A DNA stretch of 64,000 nt, taken from assembly GCA_963775895.1 (NCBI GenBank), contig CAVZKL010000011.1:32001-96000 (forward strand), read 5' to 3'. The notes below the pieces were generated by a model. That model ran no database searches. It was not told the DNA's origin and worked only from the letters and a program-made list of their open reading frames with translations. This stretch comes from Candidatus Bathyarchaeota archaeon (GTDB lineage: Archaea > Thermoproteota > Bathyarchaeia > Bathyarchaeales > Bathycorpusculaceae). Of the stretch, positions 9,864 through 22,194 are shown in pieces (the first letter of the stretch is position 1; every line of letters begins with the position of its first letter). Both the position numbers and the translations under genes were made by a program.

Positions 9864-11708
9864 ATGAGTATAGCTAAGCCTCTGCTCGATTATGCTAGGT
9901 CGCTCAAACCGAAAAAGGGTTTCACACAGTCCTTTTCAGCTTTCAAGAGGCTACTGAATTATCACAAGAGATACTACTGGTTTATCGCTGCAATCGTTAT
10001 TCTCGCGGTGATACGATCTATCCTGTTCTCACTGGAACCTTTGTACACGAGCAAAATCATTATCGACGTTATTGGACCTCCATCTAACACGAGCCTTCTG
10101 TGGGGATACTTGTTGGTCATAGTATCGGCTGGAATAGGCTATGCCATTTCGAATTTTGTTTTGACTTTCGTGCACGGCGTGATGTCTCAGTACATTGTCA
10201 GAGACATAAGGACCGATTATTACCGGGCACTCCAGGGCAAATCGTTCAGTTTTTACGATTTTATAGGGGGTTGGTGATCTCACGTCAAGAGCCACAGTGG
10301 ACCTTCAAATGGTTGACTCTTTTCTGAGAACTTGGCTTGGCACTGTTCTTAACGCAGTTTTGACAACGATCATCATCATTGTCATAATCTGCCCATAAGT
10401 CCAACCATGACATTGATCTCCTTGGCCACGATGCCGTTGATTTTCTATTTCACAACGCGTCTTTGGTTAGAAACGATGCCCCTGTTCAGGAACATGCAGC
10501 TTATTCTGGGAAGATTGAGCTCGTACATACAGCAGAATATCGTTGGAATGAAAACAGTTAGGATATTCCGCCGAGAAAAGGACATTGTTGACGGGTTTAA
10601 AGACGTAGAGAGCGTTTATGTGAATACGGCTATCACTGCGGGCAAGCTACAGTCAATCTACATGCCTCTCGGTCCAGCGATACTTACGCTTGGAATTGCC
10701 TTGGTCTACGTGTACGCGGGGGAAACCTTGGGTATTCCAGGGTCAGCCTTGGCAGTTGCTCAGGTTGGTGACATCATTCTCTTTGCAAGGTACATGATGA
10801 GATTAACCTTTCCTATAAGAGATCTGAGTCAGACTTTGGGAAGTTGGATTACAGCTTACGCCGGCCTGGAAAGGGTTCTTGAGATGACAGACGCGCCGAG
10901 AAACGTTGAAGATCTTGCCGGCGCAAGAGACGTAAAAATAGAAAAAGGAAAGCTTGAACTGGAAAACGTGACTTTCGGTTACGTGAAAGAGAGACCTGTG
11001 CTGAATCACGTTACGTTCACGGTGCAGCCCGGCGAAAAAATAGCGATATTGGGCGCAACGGGATCCGGAAAAAGCTCTCTGATTTATTTGGTTCCAAGAT
11101 TTTACGACATCCAAGAGGGCAGTATAAAGATAGATGGCACGGACATACGCCAGTTCAGGCTTGATTCTCTTAGACGCCAAATAGGCGTGGTGTTGCAGGA
11201 TGTTTTCTTGTTCACTGGAACAATCAAAGAGAACATTGCATTCGGCAAGCCTGACGCTTCGATGGATCAAATAGTGGAAGCTGCTAAGGCAGCTAGAATA
11301 CATGACTTCATCGAATCTCTTCCAACTGGCTATGATACGCTCGTCGGAGAAAGAGGGGTCACCCTGTCTGGTGGCCAAAAGCAGAGAATGACAATAGCCA
11401 GAGCGCTCATAACTAATCCAAAAATACTGATAATGGACGACTCTTTGTCATTCGTTGACGCGAAGACGGAGCAAGAAATTCAATCTGCAATTGAAGAAGC
11501 CACGAAGATGAGGACGACTCTGATAATTGCTCAGAGATTCTCGACCATAAAAACTGCCGAGAAGATTTTGGTCCTTGAAAACGGGTCAGTGGCCGAATTC
11601 GGAACGCACGAGGAGCTCATGGCAAGCAACGGCGTCTACAAGAAGGTCTATAAAACACAATTCATCCAAAAAGCATCACCTATTCTCGAAGAAACAGGTG
11701 GTTCCTAG
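9864..11708 (+). CDS. ABC exporter half (TMD+NBD), split by indels around 10260-10400
   Basis: TM helices; Walker A GATGSGKS, signature LSGGQKQR, degenerate Walker B IMDD and Q in place of the H-switch (IIAQR) as in heterodimeric exporters. Confidence 0.88.
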
Positions 11709-13554
11709 TGTCAGGTTCATACGGAACTTTTTCCACAAGGCAGGAAGAAAGAAGAAAAAGAACCATTCCTGACAGAGTGCTGATTCGGAGAGTCTATGAC
11801 TACGCTCAAGCTCACAAGAGAAACCTCGCAATAGGTGTCTCAGCCACTATACTCGGTGCGTTAACTGGGTTGGCTGCGCCGTACATGCACGCGATAGCCA
11901 TCGACCAGATAATAACGCCCAAGAACCTTTCGGGCTTCTTGTGGTGGGTACCGTTGTTCGTAGCTGTCATCCTGGGCAACTACGTTTTTCAGTACATCCA
12001 GACCTACCAGATGCGTGTAGTCGGGGAAAACGTAGTTGCAAAGATGAGGGATGACATGATGGAAAAACTGCAAGTCATCTCGCTAAAGTATTTTTCAGAA
12101 GGTGAAATCGGAAGAATTATCTCCCGACCGACGAACGACGCCAACACCGTCAGAATATTCCTAAGATTGGGGCTCACGAGTATTCTCATAGACATCAGCT
12201 CAATACTCGGCTCCTTCGCCATAATGTTCTTTCTTGACCTTCGACTGGCCCTTCTTGCCATGGCGGTTCTGCCTGTGGCTATAGTGCTAGTCTGGTATCT
12301 TGGGAAATATTCAAGAGCCGCTTACAGGAAAACGTTGATCACAACTTCAGGGTTAACGGCAAGGATGCAGGAAGACCTAGCAGGCATAAAGGTTACCCAA
12401 GCTTACGCGCAGGAGCAGGAAACAGAAAAGAAGTTCTTGAAGAGCCAAAACGAAAACGTGAAGGCGACAATCAGAGCCATTCTTATAGGTTCGTCATACA
12501 CGCCGTTCGTAATAGGATTGAGACTAATCGGAACAATGATAATTCTCTATTATGGAGTAATGGCGGTGTTAAGCGTGCCACCAGTAATCACGCTGGGAGT
12601 TCTGGTAGCTTTCACCGAGTACCAGTTTTCGTATTTCATGCCGTTGGTCGACTTGGTAACGATGTATGACCAGTATCAATCAGCCATGTCAGCAATTGAG
12701 AGAATGTTCGACGTGATAGACACTAAAGTTGAGGTCGTAGACGCGCCGCCTGAACGGAGAGTGGCATTGGAGTGATAGAAGAAGTCAGATTTGAGAACGT
12801 CAGTTTTGCCTACGACATGGATGTGCCAGTTCTGAGGAACATCAACTTCACTCTAAAACGCAACATGAAACTTGCGATCGTCGGGCAGACAGGGGCGGGA
12901 AAAAGTACGATAATTAACCTTCTCGCTAGATTCTACGATCCAGGCGAAGGCAGAATACTTATCAATGGACATGACATCAAAGATATTCCGCTCGCATCTT
13001 TGAGAGCTCGCATGAGTACCGTGCTACAGGACTCGTTTCTCTTCTCCGTTTCCATAAAGGAAAACATAAGGTTCGGAAAACTTGAAGCAACAGACCAAGA
13101 GATCGTAGACGCAGCAAAATCCATCGGTGCCCACGATTTCATAATGAAGCTTCCCGACGACTACGACTACGTGATACAGGAAGGTTCGTCAAACATATCC
13201 ATTGGCCAAAGACAACTCATAAGCTTTGCCAGAACCCTACTTGCAAACCCAGAAATATTGGTTTTGGACGAAGCAACGTCGTCTGTTGACGCCTACACGG
13301 AACTGGTAATACAGAGAGCTCTGAAAACGCTGATGCGCAACAGGATGACCATAATAATCGCTCACCGACTTTCAACCATAAGGCTTTGTGACGAGATCTT
13401 GACAATCGATCACGGGTCGATAGTGGAGAGAGGTACGCATGAACAGCTCATGCGTAAGAAAGGATTGTACAGTTCATTCTACAGACTGCAATTCAGAGAA
13501 GAAACGGGGGCAGACACGGCACAGGTCCAGCCAAGTGGACACCGAGAATATTAA
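11708..13554 (+). CDS. ABC exporter partner half (TMD+NBD), frameshift near 12772
   Basis: TMD 11708-12775 then NBD GQTGAGKS, ISIGQRQ, VLDEATSSVD, IAHRL (consensus site). Confidence 0.9.
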
Positions 13555-13709
13555 TGAGAATTAGCCGCTGAGATGAATCGGGCAAGACGAACCCAATGGC
13601 TTCATGGATCAACCGCTTGCGTGCTTGTTGTATTAGCGTCGATGATAAGCGTTTCAGTGCTCTCGTCGTCCGATATCAGCACGCGCCCACGCTTTTTCAG
13701 ACGTTCGCG

Positions 13710-14159
13710 TTAACCTTCTTCGGGAAGATACCGGGGGCTTACCAAATATCCCAGAATGTCTCGCATCTCTCTATCAACGTAGTTTTCAAGGCTATTGGCA
13801 ATATCCGCGGCCGTCAAGACGCCTTGAAGCGTGTCCTCTTTAATCACCGCCAGTCTCCAAATTTTGTGCTTCTTCATTATTTTGGCTGCTTCTGAGAGAT
13901 CTGCGTCCGCATCAATCGTTATCAAGGGCGTCGACATTATTTCGGCGACTTTCACATTCTTCGGATCAAGTCCCTTTCCAGCAACCTTCCATGTGACATC
14001 GCGGTCAGTCACTATGCCGAAGGGCTTACCTTGCCTCAGAACGATTGCGCATCCTTCTCTTTTATTATACATATTCAAGGATGCTTCCGCAACAGATGCG
14101 CCTTCTTCGACAGTGACCATGCTCTTGCTCATAGCTTCGGCAACTCTCAAGAACTCCAC
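13710..14159 (-). CDS. CBS domain protein
   Basis: Tandem CBS repeats: GIVTDRD, VAEIMSTPLITI, GVLTAADI. Confidence 0.9.
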   Translation of the reverse strand: MEFLRVAEAMSKSMVTVEEGASVAEASLNMYNKREGCAIVLRQGKPFGIVTDRDVTWKVAGKGLDPKNVKVAEIMSTPLITIDADADLSEAAKIMKKHKIWRLAVIKEDTLQGVLTAADIANSLENYVDREMRDILGYLVSPRYLPEEG

Positions 14160-14262
14160 GCTCTTGTTATTCAGAACGATTCGAACATAAATTTAGGGGA
14201 TTTCGAATAATTAAACTATGCTGTGAGACGTTATCATTCCAGTTGGTTGCGCACACGTGCTT

Positions 14263-15555
14263 TCAGCTTTGTTTGCATTCTCGTGCGTATGTTTCTGTTT
14301 CTCTGAGCAGTTTGTGGAGGTCCAATTTCGAATGGGCGGTGCACAAAGCGCAGCTATGGGTTGGAAAGAAGAAGATTCCGTTAGCGATCATTGCCAGATT
14401 ATAGTTGAACACTCTCTTGATATCCGCACGGGAAGCTGTTTGAGGGTCTTTTACGAGTTCTTTAGTGAAATGAATGTTGAAGAGTGAGCCTGCTCCAGTG
14501 ATCTGAACGTCAATTGCATTTTCATCGAAAATTCGTTTCATTTCTGCCCTTAAACTGTCGCCAAGCCCGTTAAGACGGCTTGTGACCTCACCGTCTTCCA
14601 GCAGTCGGAGAGTTGCCAGTCCAGCGGTCATAGTTATCGGGTTTCCCACGAACGTGCCACCTTGGAATGAGTAGTTGGGACGTTTGTAGACTGTGCTGTC
14701 CATTTTTTCCATGATTTTCTTAGAAGCGCACAGGGCTCCTATCGGAAATCCTCCTCCCAAGATTTTTCCAAGCACCGTTATGTCCGGCTTCACGCCGAAA
14801 TATTCCTGTCCTCCGCCTGGAGCGAGTCGAAACCCCGTTATCACCTCGTCAAATATCAGTAGAATATCCTTCCTGTCACAGAATTCTCTCAAGCCCTTCA
14901 GAAACTCTTTCTCCACCGATATTCCACCGCCTGCGCCCAACACTGGCTCGATTATAATAGAAGCCGGCTGCTCACTCTTCAACCTGTGCTCAACGCCGTC
15001 GAGATCATTGAAAGGCAGGAGAATCGTGTCTTGCAGGGCTCCCCGAGTCAGGCCTGCCGACTCCGGAACGTCAAACGGAGGTTTAACGCCCACGTGAAGT
15101 GCATCATAACCACCATGCCACCCTCCCAGAAACTTGGCTATCTTGTCTCGCGCCGTGAATGCGCGCGCGAGTCTCGTTGCGTACATGTTTGCTTCAGTCC
15201 CAGAGTTGGTGAATCTGACCATTTGGGCGCTTGGGACCATTTTCACGACTTGCTCAGCCAAAGCGACCTCTAGTTCATGTGAAGTTCCGTAAATAGTTCC
15301 GTTTTCAAGTTGTTTCTTCACGGCCGTTACAACCGGTCTGGGACTGTGTCCAAGAATGAGCGCGGTGTGTCCGAGCCAAAAATCGACGTATTCGTTTCCA
15401 TCCACGTCGTATAGTTTGCTTCCCTTGGCTCTGGCGGTAAAAAATGGGTATGGACCAAAATAGCGTACGCCATAGGAAACACCTGCAGGCAGAACATTCT
15501 TTGCCCGTTGATACAGAGTCCTGGAGGTTGGGGTCTTTGAAGTGTAGTCTTTCAT
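14263..15555 (-). CDS. class III aminotransferase, glutamate-1-semialdehyde aminomutase-like
   Basis: VRFTNSGTEA, FDEVITGFR, LGKILGGGFPIG, GGTFVGNP. No other hem genes nearby, so hemL is not asserted. Confidence 0.85.
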   Translation of the reverse strand: MKDYTSKTPTSRTLYQRAKNVLPAGVSYGVRYFGPYPFFTARAKGSKLYDVDGNEYVDFWLGHTALILGHSPRPVVTAVKKQLENGTIYGTSHELEVALAEQVVKMVPSAQMVRFTNSGTEANMYATRLARAFTARDKIAKFLGGWHGGYDALHVGVKPPFDVPESAGLTRGALQDTILLPFNDLDGVEHRLKSEQPASIIIEPVLGAGGGISVEKEFLKGLREFCDRKDILLIFDEVITGFRLAPGGGQEYFGVKPDITVLGKILGGGFPIGALCASKKIMEKMDSTVYKRPNYSFQGGTFVGNPITMTAGLATLRLLEDGEVTSRLNGLGDSLRAEMKRIFDENAIDVQITGAGSLFNIHFTKELVKDPQTASRADIKRVFNYNLAMIANGIFFFPTHSCALCTAHSKLDLHKLLRETETYARECKQS

Positions 15556-15718
15556 GGAAGAGCCCTTTCCAACTGTGGTCACCAGTCAAACTGTGGTGGT
15601 GCGTTTAAATTGTTTGCGAAAAACTGTGGAGGAAGAGCCTGCTGAGTTTCACAAGGCCTTTTTCAAATTCTTTTTATCTTTGGATTGCATATGCCAACTC
15701 TAAGAGAGGTTGTAAAAC

Positions 15719-16291
15719 ATGGAGTTTAAAGGAAGCCAAACTGAAAAGAATCTGCTTGCCGCGTTCGCAGGCGAATCGCAGGCTAGGAACAGATACACTT
15801 ACTTTGCTAGCGCAGCTAGGAAGGAAGGATATGAGCAGATTTCAGGCATCTTCCAGGAGACATCTGACAATGAGAAAGAACATGCCAAACTGTTCTTTGA
15901 GCTTCTCAAGGGCGGAACCGTTGAGATAATGGCCGCCTACCCAGCTGGTGTCATTGGGTCAACGGCGCAGAACCTGAAAGCAGCGGCAGACGGAGAGAAG
16001 TTCGAGTGGGGAACGTTATACCCTGGTTTTGCAGAAGTAGCCGAAAAGGAGGGTTTCACTGAAGCCGGTAGGACTTTCCGTCAGGTCGCTAAGGTAGAAG
16101 CCTACCACGAACGGCGATATTTGAAGCTGCTGGCAAACGTCGAGCAAAGCAAAGTGTTCAAGAAAGATGCGCCAGTGAAATGGAAGTGCAGAAACTGCGG
16201 GTACGTCTTCGAAGGCACTGAGGTTCCAGACAAATGTCCAGTGTGCAAACATCCACGAAGTTTCTACGAGGTCTACGCAGAGAACTACTGA
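15719..16291 (+). CDS. rbr: rubrerythrin
   Basis: AFAGESQARNRY, NEKEHAK, EAYHE and C-terminal WKCRNCG...CPVC rubredoxin site. Confidence 0.95.
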   Translation: MEFKGSQTEKNLLAAFAGESQARNRYTYFASAARKEGYEQISGIFQETSDNEKEHAKLFFELLKGGTVEIMAAYPAGVIGSTAQNLKAAADGEKFEWGTLYPGFAEVAEKEGFTEAGRTFRQVAKVEAYHERRYLKLLANVEQSKVFKKDAPVKWKCRNCGYVFEGTEVPDKCPVCKHPRSFYEVYAENY

Positions 16292-16340
16292 CCTGTAATA
16301 CACGTGACCGAAGCTCATAGACACTCTTGAGCGGAGGCTT

Positions 16341-17462
16341 TCACAGCCTCAATCTGTGGCTTTTGGTCTTGACATCTTGTTCAAACTCTTTGGCCAACTG
16401 TTCAAGCAGAGCTCTCTGTTGTGCCGTGAGTTTTTCAGGAACTGCAACGTTTACTCGGACCAATATATCGCCTCTGCCGTATCCTCTAAACCTCGGCATG
16501 CCCTTTCCCCTGAGCCTCACGGTTTGGCCTGGCTGCGTTCCAGGCTCAATTCTTATCGTAGTGTTCCCTTCAAGCGTCGGTATTGAAACGTCCGCGCCCA
16601 ACGCCGCCTGAGGAAAACCTACTGAAAGACTGTACAGAAGATCGTCTTCGTCTCTTTTGAAGTACCTGTGGGGTGCTATGTGAATTAGAACGTAAAGATC
16701 TCCAGGAGCATTCGCCCCAGAGGACATTTCGCCCTCACCAGGAAGTCGGAGTTGATACCCTTCATCTATGCCAGGAGGTACTTTTACGGTGATCTTTCTT
16801 TCTCTTTCCACCAATCCGCTCCCTCTGCACTTGGGACATGACTTTTCTATTATTCTGCCTCTTCCATTGCATGTCGGGCAAGGTATAACACGAACAAACA
16901 TACCGAAACTGTTTCTGGTCGTGGTCTGCACTCTTCCTGCCCCATTGCATCTTGGACATGTTCTAGGAGAAGTGCCAGGTGCCGCGCCGCTTCCTCCACA
17001 GACATCGCATCTCTCTGTTCTTTCTATGTATGTCTCTTTCTCCGCACCGCTTGCCGCTTCCTCAAGTGTGATTACGAGGTCATACGCAAGGTCTCGCCCT
17101 CTTTGGGGGCTCTCTTCGAAGTCTCTGCCGCCGAAAAAGAAGCTAAATACATCTCTCAGACCGAAACCTGCGCCCAAGTCTCTGAATATCGAGTCGAAGT
17201 CTGCGCCTCTAAAAATGTCCTCCTGCGTGTAACGTTGATCAAAGCCCGCATGTCCAAGTTGATCGTATTGAGATCTTTTTTCATCGTCCGACAAGACCGC
17301 ATAGGCTTCTGATATCTCTTTGAACTTTTCCTCTGCTTCAGGCGACTTGTTCCTGTCAGGGTGATATTGCATCGCTAGCTTTCGGTAGGAGTCTTTGATT
17401 TCGTCTTTTGAGGCAGTTTTGGGCACTCCGAGAACTTCGTAGTAGTCTCTTTTTTCACTCAT
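16341..17462 (-). CDS. dnaJ: chaperone DnaJ
   Basis: J domain with HPD, G/F region, four CxxCxGxG repeats. Confidence 0.97.
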   Translation of the reverse strand: MSEKRDYYEVLGVPKTASKDEIKDSYRKLAMQYHPDRNKSPEAEEKFKEISEAYAVLSDDEKRSQYDQLGHAGFDQRYTQEDIFRGADFDSIFRDLGAGFGLRDVFSFFFGGRDFEESPQRGRDLAYDLVITLEEAASGAEKETYIERTERCDVCGGSGAAPGTSPRTCPRCNGAGRVQTTTRNSFGMFVRVIPCPTCNGRGRIIEKSCPKCRGSGLVERERKITVKVPPGIDEGYQLRLPGEGEMSSGANAPGDLYVLIHIAPHRYFKRDEDDLLYSLSVGFPQAALGADVSIPTLEGNTTIRIEPGTQPGQTVRLRGKGMPRFRGYGRGDILVRVNVAVPEKLTAQQRALLEQLAKEFEQDVKTKSHRLRL

Positions 17463-17513
17463 TTCTTTACCATCAGATTAACGGCACAGGTCAGGAAGAC
17501 CTGCCTAGAATTT

Positions 17514-19391
17514 CTATTTGACTTTGTAGTCCTCTGAGTCGACGACTTTGTCGCTGCTCGGCCCCGGTTCTTGTGGTGCTTCGCCGGTTGGTTGTCCTTT
17601 CTGCTTCGCCTGTTCTGCGGCTGCTTGCTGGTAGATCACTGTTCCGATTTCTTGGAGCACTTTCGTCAGTTCATCGGATTTGGTCTTGATTTTATCGATG
17701 TCCGTTCCCGCAAGAGCGTCCTTAAGGGATGAGACTGAAGCGTCTATCCTGTTCTTCTGGTCTTGTGTCAGTTTTTCACCCAAGTCTTTCTTGGTTTTGT
17801 CTGCTGTGTACACGAGATTGTCAGCGTTGTTTCTCACGTCGGCCTCTTCACGTTTCTTCTTGTCCTGTTCCGTGAACTCTTCAGCCTCTCTGATCAGTCG
17901 TTCTTTCTCTTCTTTGGACAGTTTTGTGGAGGCAGTTATCGTTATCTTCGCTTCTTTGCCAGTGCCCAAGTCTTTCGCGGTTACGTTTAGTATGCCGCTT
18001 GCGTCCATGTCAAATGTCACTTCAATCTGTGGTACGCCTCTCGGAGCAGGTGCAATTCCTTCTAGGTTGAATATGCCGAGTGACACGTTGTCGCTGGCCA
18101 TTGGCCGTTCGCCTTGCAGAACGTGAATTGTCACCGCGGTCTGGAAGTCGGCGGCCGTCGTGAATATCTGGCTTCTTCTTGTGGGTATCGTTGTGTTCTT
18201 CTCTATTATTCTTGTGAACACTCGGCCAAGAGTTTCAACGCCAAGGGAGAGTGGTGTGACATCCAACAGTAACAGATCTTTCACTTCTCCCGTCAGAACC
18301 GCTCCTTGTATGGCCGCGCCGACTGCGACGCATTCCATCGGGTCGACGCCTCTTTCTGCTGGTTTTCCCATGATCTGTTCGACAAATCTCTGGACGTAGG
18401 GCATTCGAGTCATTCCGCCGAAGAGAATTATCTTGTCTATGTCCTTCGGGGTCAGCTTTGCATCTTCAAGCGATTTGACGATTGTGCGTTCTGTTTTTTG
18501 GACTATCGGCTGAGCGAGTGATTCAAGCTTGGCTCTGGACAGGGTGAAGTGCAGGTGTTTTGGTCCAGATGCGTCCGTGGAAAGGAAAGGTAGGTCGATG
18601 TCTGTGGTCATCAGCGTTGAAAGTTCAATCTTGGCTTTCTCAGAAGCTTCCTTCAGCCTCGCGATTGCCATTTTATCGTTGCGTAGGTCGACGCCCGTCT
18701 GCCTCTGGAACTCTTCTACGAGATAGTCCATGACTGCTTTGTCCAGATCTGCGCCACCTGTCTGCGTGTCCCCGCTCGTTGACAGTACTTGGAAGACTCC
18801 TTTGCCAAAATCCATAACCGTGACATCGTGTGTTCCACCGCCGAAGCTGAAAACGAGTATCTTCATCTCTTTTTCTAGCTTATCAATTCCATAAGCCAAA
18901 CAGGCCGCAGTGGGTTCGTTAATGATTCTTGCAACCTCAAAGCCAGCTATTTCACCTGCGTCTTTTGTGGCTTGGCGCTGGTTGTCGTTGAAGTGCGCTG
19001 GAACCGTTATCACGGCCTTCCTCATGGTTGTGCCCAAATAGGTTTCAGCGTCTTTCTTTATCTTCTGCAGTATGAACGCAGATATCTGCTGGGGACTGTA
19101 CTCCTTTCCGGCGATTTTGACTTTATAGTCGGTTCCCATCTTCCTCTTGATTTCGAAAATGGTTCCTTCAGGGTTTGCCGTTGCCTGCCTTTTTGCAGAT
19201 TCACCCACCAAAAGCGTTCCGTCTTTTGTGAAGGCTACGACCGAAGGAAACATCTTGCCGGCCATCGTCGGTCCTTCAGCGCTTGGAATGACGGTTGCTC
19301 GACCGCCCTCGTATATTGCGGCTGCCGAGTTTGTTGTCCCCAAGTCTATGCCTAGGATTTTTTCTCCTGATTTGACGTTACTCATATTCAT
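17514..19391 (-). CDS. dnaK: chaperone DnaK (Hsp70)
   Basis: [42 protein letters not shown]; short archaeal/Gram-positive type. Confidence 0.97.
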   Translation of the reverse strand: MNMSNVKSGEKILGIDLGTTNSAAAIYEGGRATVIPSAEGPTMAGKMFPSVVAFTKDGTLLVGESAKRQATANPEGTIFEIKRKMGTDYKVKIAGKEYSPQQISAFILQKIKKDAETYLGTTMRKAVITVPAHFNDNQRQATKDAGEIAGFEVARIINEPTAACLAYGIDKLEKEMKILVFSFGGGTHDVTVMDFGKGVFQVLSTSGDTQTGGADLDKAVMDYLVEEFQRQTGVDLRNDKMAIARLKEASEKAKIELSTLMTTDIDLPFLSTDASGPKHLHFTLSRAKLESLAQPIVQKTERTIVKSLEDAKLTPKDIDKIILFGGMTRMPYVQRFVEQIMGKPAERGVDPMECVAVGAAIQGAVLTGEVKDLLLLDVTPLSLGVETLGRVFTRIIEKNTTIPTRRSQIFTTAADFQTAVTIHVLQGERPMASDNVSLGIFNLEGIAPAPRGVPQIEVTFDMDASGILNVTAKDLGTGKEAKITITASTKLSKEEKERLIREAEEFTEQDKKKREEADVRNNADNLVYTADKTKKDLGEKLTQDQKNRIDASVSSLKDALAGTDIDKIKTKSDELTKVLQEIGTVIYQQAAAEQAKQKGQPTGEAPQEPGPSSDKVVDSEDYKVK

Positions 19392-19919
19392 TCATCTCCT
19401 TCTTTTGAATTTGAAGGTTGTACCACAATCTTAACTATGCTCGGTCTAATCACCTTTTCTCTCATGGTATAACCTTTTCTGACCTCTTCGATTATTCTGC
19501 ATCCATCAACGCCTTCATCTTCCGTTTTTGCTACGGCAGTTGTGTTTTGAAGGGTCAAATGGTTCTCCAACGCACTTTATGGGAGAGACGCCCTCATTCT
19601 CCAGTATTTTCTTGAGTTTTTTGAGTGTCATTTTCACTCCTTGAACAAGTGCTTCCGACGAGTCCGACGACTCGGTGCTTTGTACGGCCAGTTCTAGTTC
19701 ATCAACTACATCCAACAGTTCAGTCACGATGCGTTCGTTGCTGTATTCTCTTACTTCATCCAACTGTCGCTCATATCTTTTCTTCAAGTTCTCAAGATCA
19801 GCCCTTGCATACTTTAGCTGTGTCAGATATTCTTCTGAGCGTTTCTTCTCTTTTTCAAGTGTACTCTCAAGTGACTCGAAATCTTCGGTCTTTGGTTTTT
19901 CTTCTGGCATTTCGTCCAT
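19388..19919 (-). CDS. grpE: nucleotide exchange factor GrpE (frameshift near 19538)
   Basis: [29 protein letters not shown], then shifted frame AVA...[21 protein letters not shown]. Confidence 0.92.
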
Positions 19920-20393
19920 TCAATAATCCTCGCACAAAGTGCTGGTTTTCTAGCGTACTCAAACAGGCATATATACATTAGTGCCGATGCTGCGAGGGAT
20001 CGATCGAAGTCCGGTTTGGATTCTGCTCCAGATGACGGTCGTTGTCGTTGCGGAAGAGCAATGCAACGTGGAAAAAGGTGGAAGAGCGCCTATCTATCCT
20101 GATCGTTCACCACCCTGATTATACTCTGAGGTGTGTCAAACCTGGTCAATGCTTGACGCGCGCTGCATGCAGGTTTGCCCCGTTTGGAGTTGCATCGAGA
20201 TGCGCTCAAAACAACACTAGGCGATCCCCAAAACTCAATTCTATTGTTATTAGCTGTCGTTCCCTTCCTAAACGGGCAACTACATGGACGAGAGAGAATT
20301 CGTAGAAACCAACGGAAGATTTCTTTTGATCTGTTTCTGAAGGCGAAAAAGTCATTAGGGCTGCAAGAGCACTTACACTTGGGGTGACGCTGG

Positions 20394-21380
20394 TTGGTTT
20401 CGTTAAGATCTTTGGCGCCTTCTCTGACTCGGATCACCGTGGCTGCCGCCGTTGGAGCTGCTCTTCACATTGGGCAAGGTGACTCAGACCTGGTAGATGC
20501 GAAGGCCGTGGAGTTTTCTCGAGCGGTTCTGGCTCAGACAGATGTCGAAGGTGAAGTCATTGCTTGTGAAGGACCGAAGGACAACGCCCCGGCTTTCCTT
20601 CGAAGAGAGAAGGTCGGTACGGGAAAAGGACCCAAAGTGGAGTTCGTTATTGACCCGGTTGACGGTACGACCGCTACTTCAAAGGGGAGGAAGGACGCTA
20701 TTTCTGCGCTTGCGTGTGCGCCAGCTGGTTGTTTTCAGGTTCTGCCTGATGATGGCTACTATTACAAAGTTGTTACTGATCGTAGTTCGCGCGGGAAATT
20801 GTCTTTGGAAATGTCAGCGGAGGAGATCGTGCGCACCGTTGCCCGTGAAAAAGGTTTGCGTTTGGAGAACTTCACCGTCATCATGCTTGAACGGGAAAGG
20901 CACGCGGAGATCTTGCGGTGTCTCAGGAAGATGGGTGTGCGGATCATTCTTATTCCTGACGGTGACATTGCGGGTGCGGTTGTCACTTGTAGGCAGGGTT
21001 CGGGCGTGGACCTTCTGATCGGTGCAGGTGCTGGGCCGGAAGCGACGATAGCTGCGACGGCGATCAAGTGTCTGGGCGGCACGATGCTTGTGAAGGTTTG
21101 GCGTGACGCGAAGGATGATCCCAAAAGGCCCGAGAGATTGGCGCTTGAGGGGGTCGATATGGAGAAGACTTACTGTGAGAGCGAGTTGGCTAAGGGGGAT
21201 GAGCTTGTGTTTGCGGCTTCAGGAGTGACTAAGGGTGAACTGTTGGACGGCGTGCGTTTCGTTCCTGAAGGAGCCGTCGTCAATTCGTTGTGTATGCGCT
21301 TGCCAAGCGGAACGGTTGAAAGGTCTGAGGCGACTCTTCGATTCAAGGGACATCCTATCTACAAGCATTTCGTGATGTAA
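20394..21380 (+). CDS. glpX: class II fructose-1,6-bisphosphatase (GlpX family)
   Basis: EG.KDNAP, IDPVDGT, LERERH, IPDGDI, GPE, FAASGVTKGELLDGV. Confidence 0.85.
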   Translation: MVSLRSLAPSLTRITVAAAVGAALHIGQGDSDLVDAKAVEFSRAVLAQTDVEGEVIACEGPKDNAPAFLRREKVGTGKGPKVEFVIDPVDGTTATSKGRKDAISALACAPAGCFQVLPDDGYYYKVVTDRSSRGKLSLEMSAEEIVRTVAREKGLRLENFTVIMLERERHAEILRCLRKMGVRIILIPDGDIAGAVVTCRQGSGVDLLIGAGAGPEATIAATAIKCLGGTMLVKVWRDAKDDPKRPERLALEGVDMEKTYCESELAKGDELVFAASGVTKGELLDGVRFVPEGAVVNSLCMRLPSGTVERSEATLRFKGHPIYKHFVM

Positions 21381-21562
21381 ACGACTTTGGACGGTGGTTT
21401 GCTTGACTGAAAAGACGACGACTTTACCGTGCGGGTGCAAGTATCAAGATATGGGTTTCATGGTCGTGCGTGTCTTCGAGTGTGAGAATCACAGGCAGAA
21501 ACGCACGCGTAAGCGACCGTATAGGCCTAAGGCTGAGTGTGTGAGACCCTAGCGCGTCCCAG

Positions 21563-21934
21563 TCAGGTCTTGGCTAACTCTTCCTTCATTTTTTCTTCCA
21601 ACGATTTTAGCTGCCCGTGGCTGGCGTAGGTGATCTTCGTGTTGAGCCTGACGTCTAAACCCAATTTCTTGAGGAAAAAGAAGAGTTCTTCTCCTGTTAC
21701 TTCCGTCAGTCTGCCGGATGAGCCGAGTTTCACGAGGACGTCCTTGATCTTGTTCATGGCATCGGGGAACTGTTGACTTGCAATGTTGAACACTTCCCAG
21801 GCTCTGTCTTTGAAGATTCTGTTTAGCACTTGTTCGGCGTTGATGACTTCTGGCTTGTTTTCTTTTGCAATTAGTTTTCTTTGGTATTCGCGCAGTTTTT
21901 TCTGTCTGATTGCGGCTAGTTCCCGGTCGCTCAT
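21563..21934 (-). CDS. PDCD5-like DNA-binding protein
   Basis: MSDRELAAIRQKKLRE N-terminus and A.EV...A..QFP helix pattern; divergent. Confidence 0.65.
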   Translation of the reverse strand: MSDRELAAIRQKKLREYQRKLIAKENKPEVINAEQVLNRIFKDRAWEVFNIASQQFPDAMNKIKDVLVKLGSSGRLTEVTGEELFFFLKKLGLDVRLNTKITYASHGQLKSLEEKMKEELAKT

Positions 21935-22194
21935 AGCGGGGTAGTAATGATCAACGAATTGATAAACATTCTTTTGATCAGCGTGCTTTCGATCTGGGCT
22001 GGGAGCGGAGCAACTTTTAGGGTTTATTCGCTGAAAAAAAGCTTATTGTGTACCTCCCCTCCTCGGTTTCAATGTATCATGAATATTAGGATCCAAATAT
22101 GCACGCGTGCGGGGTCTTCGATTTGACATACTCATGTGGTTTGACGCGCGGAAGAGGGGCGTTAGGTGGTGCGAAAGCACGCAGTTGTTTATTT

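Noticed and set aside
19920-20393. Short ORFs or ncRNA between grpE and glpX (hairpin CGTTGC...GCAACG)
   Set aside because: No recognisable protein or RNA family; a single short stem is not enough.
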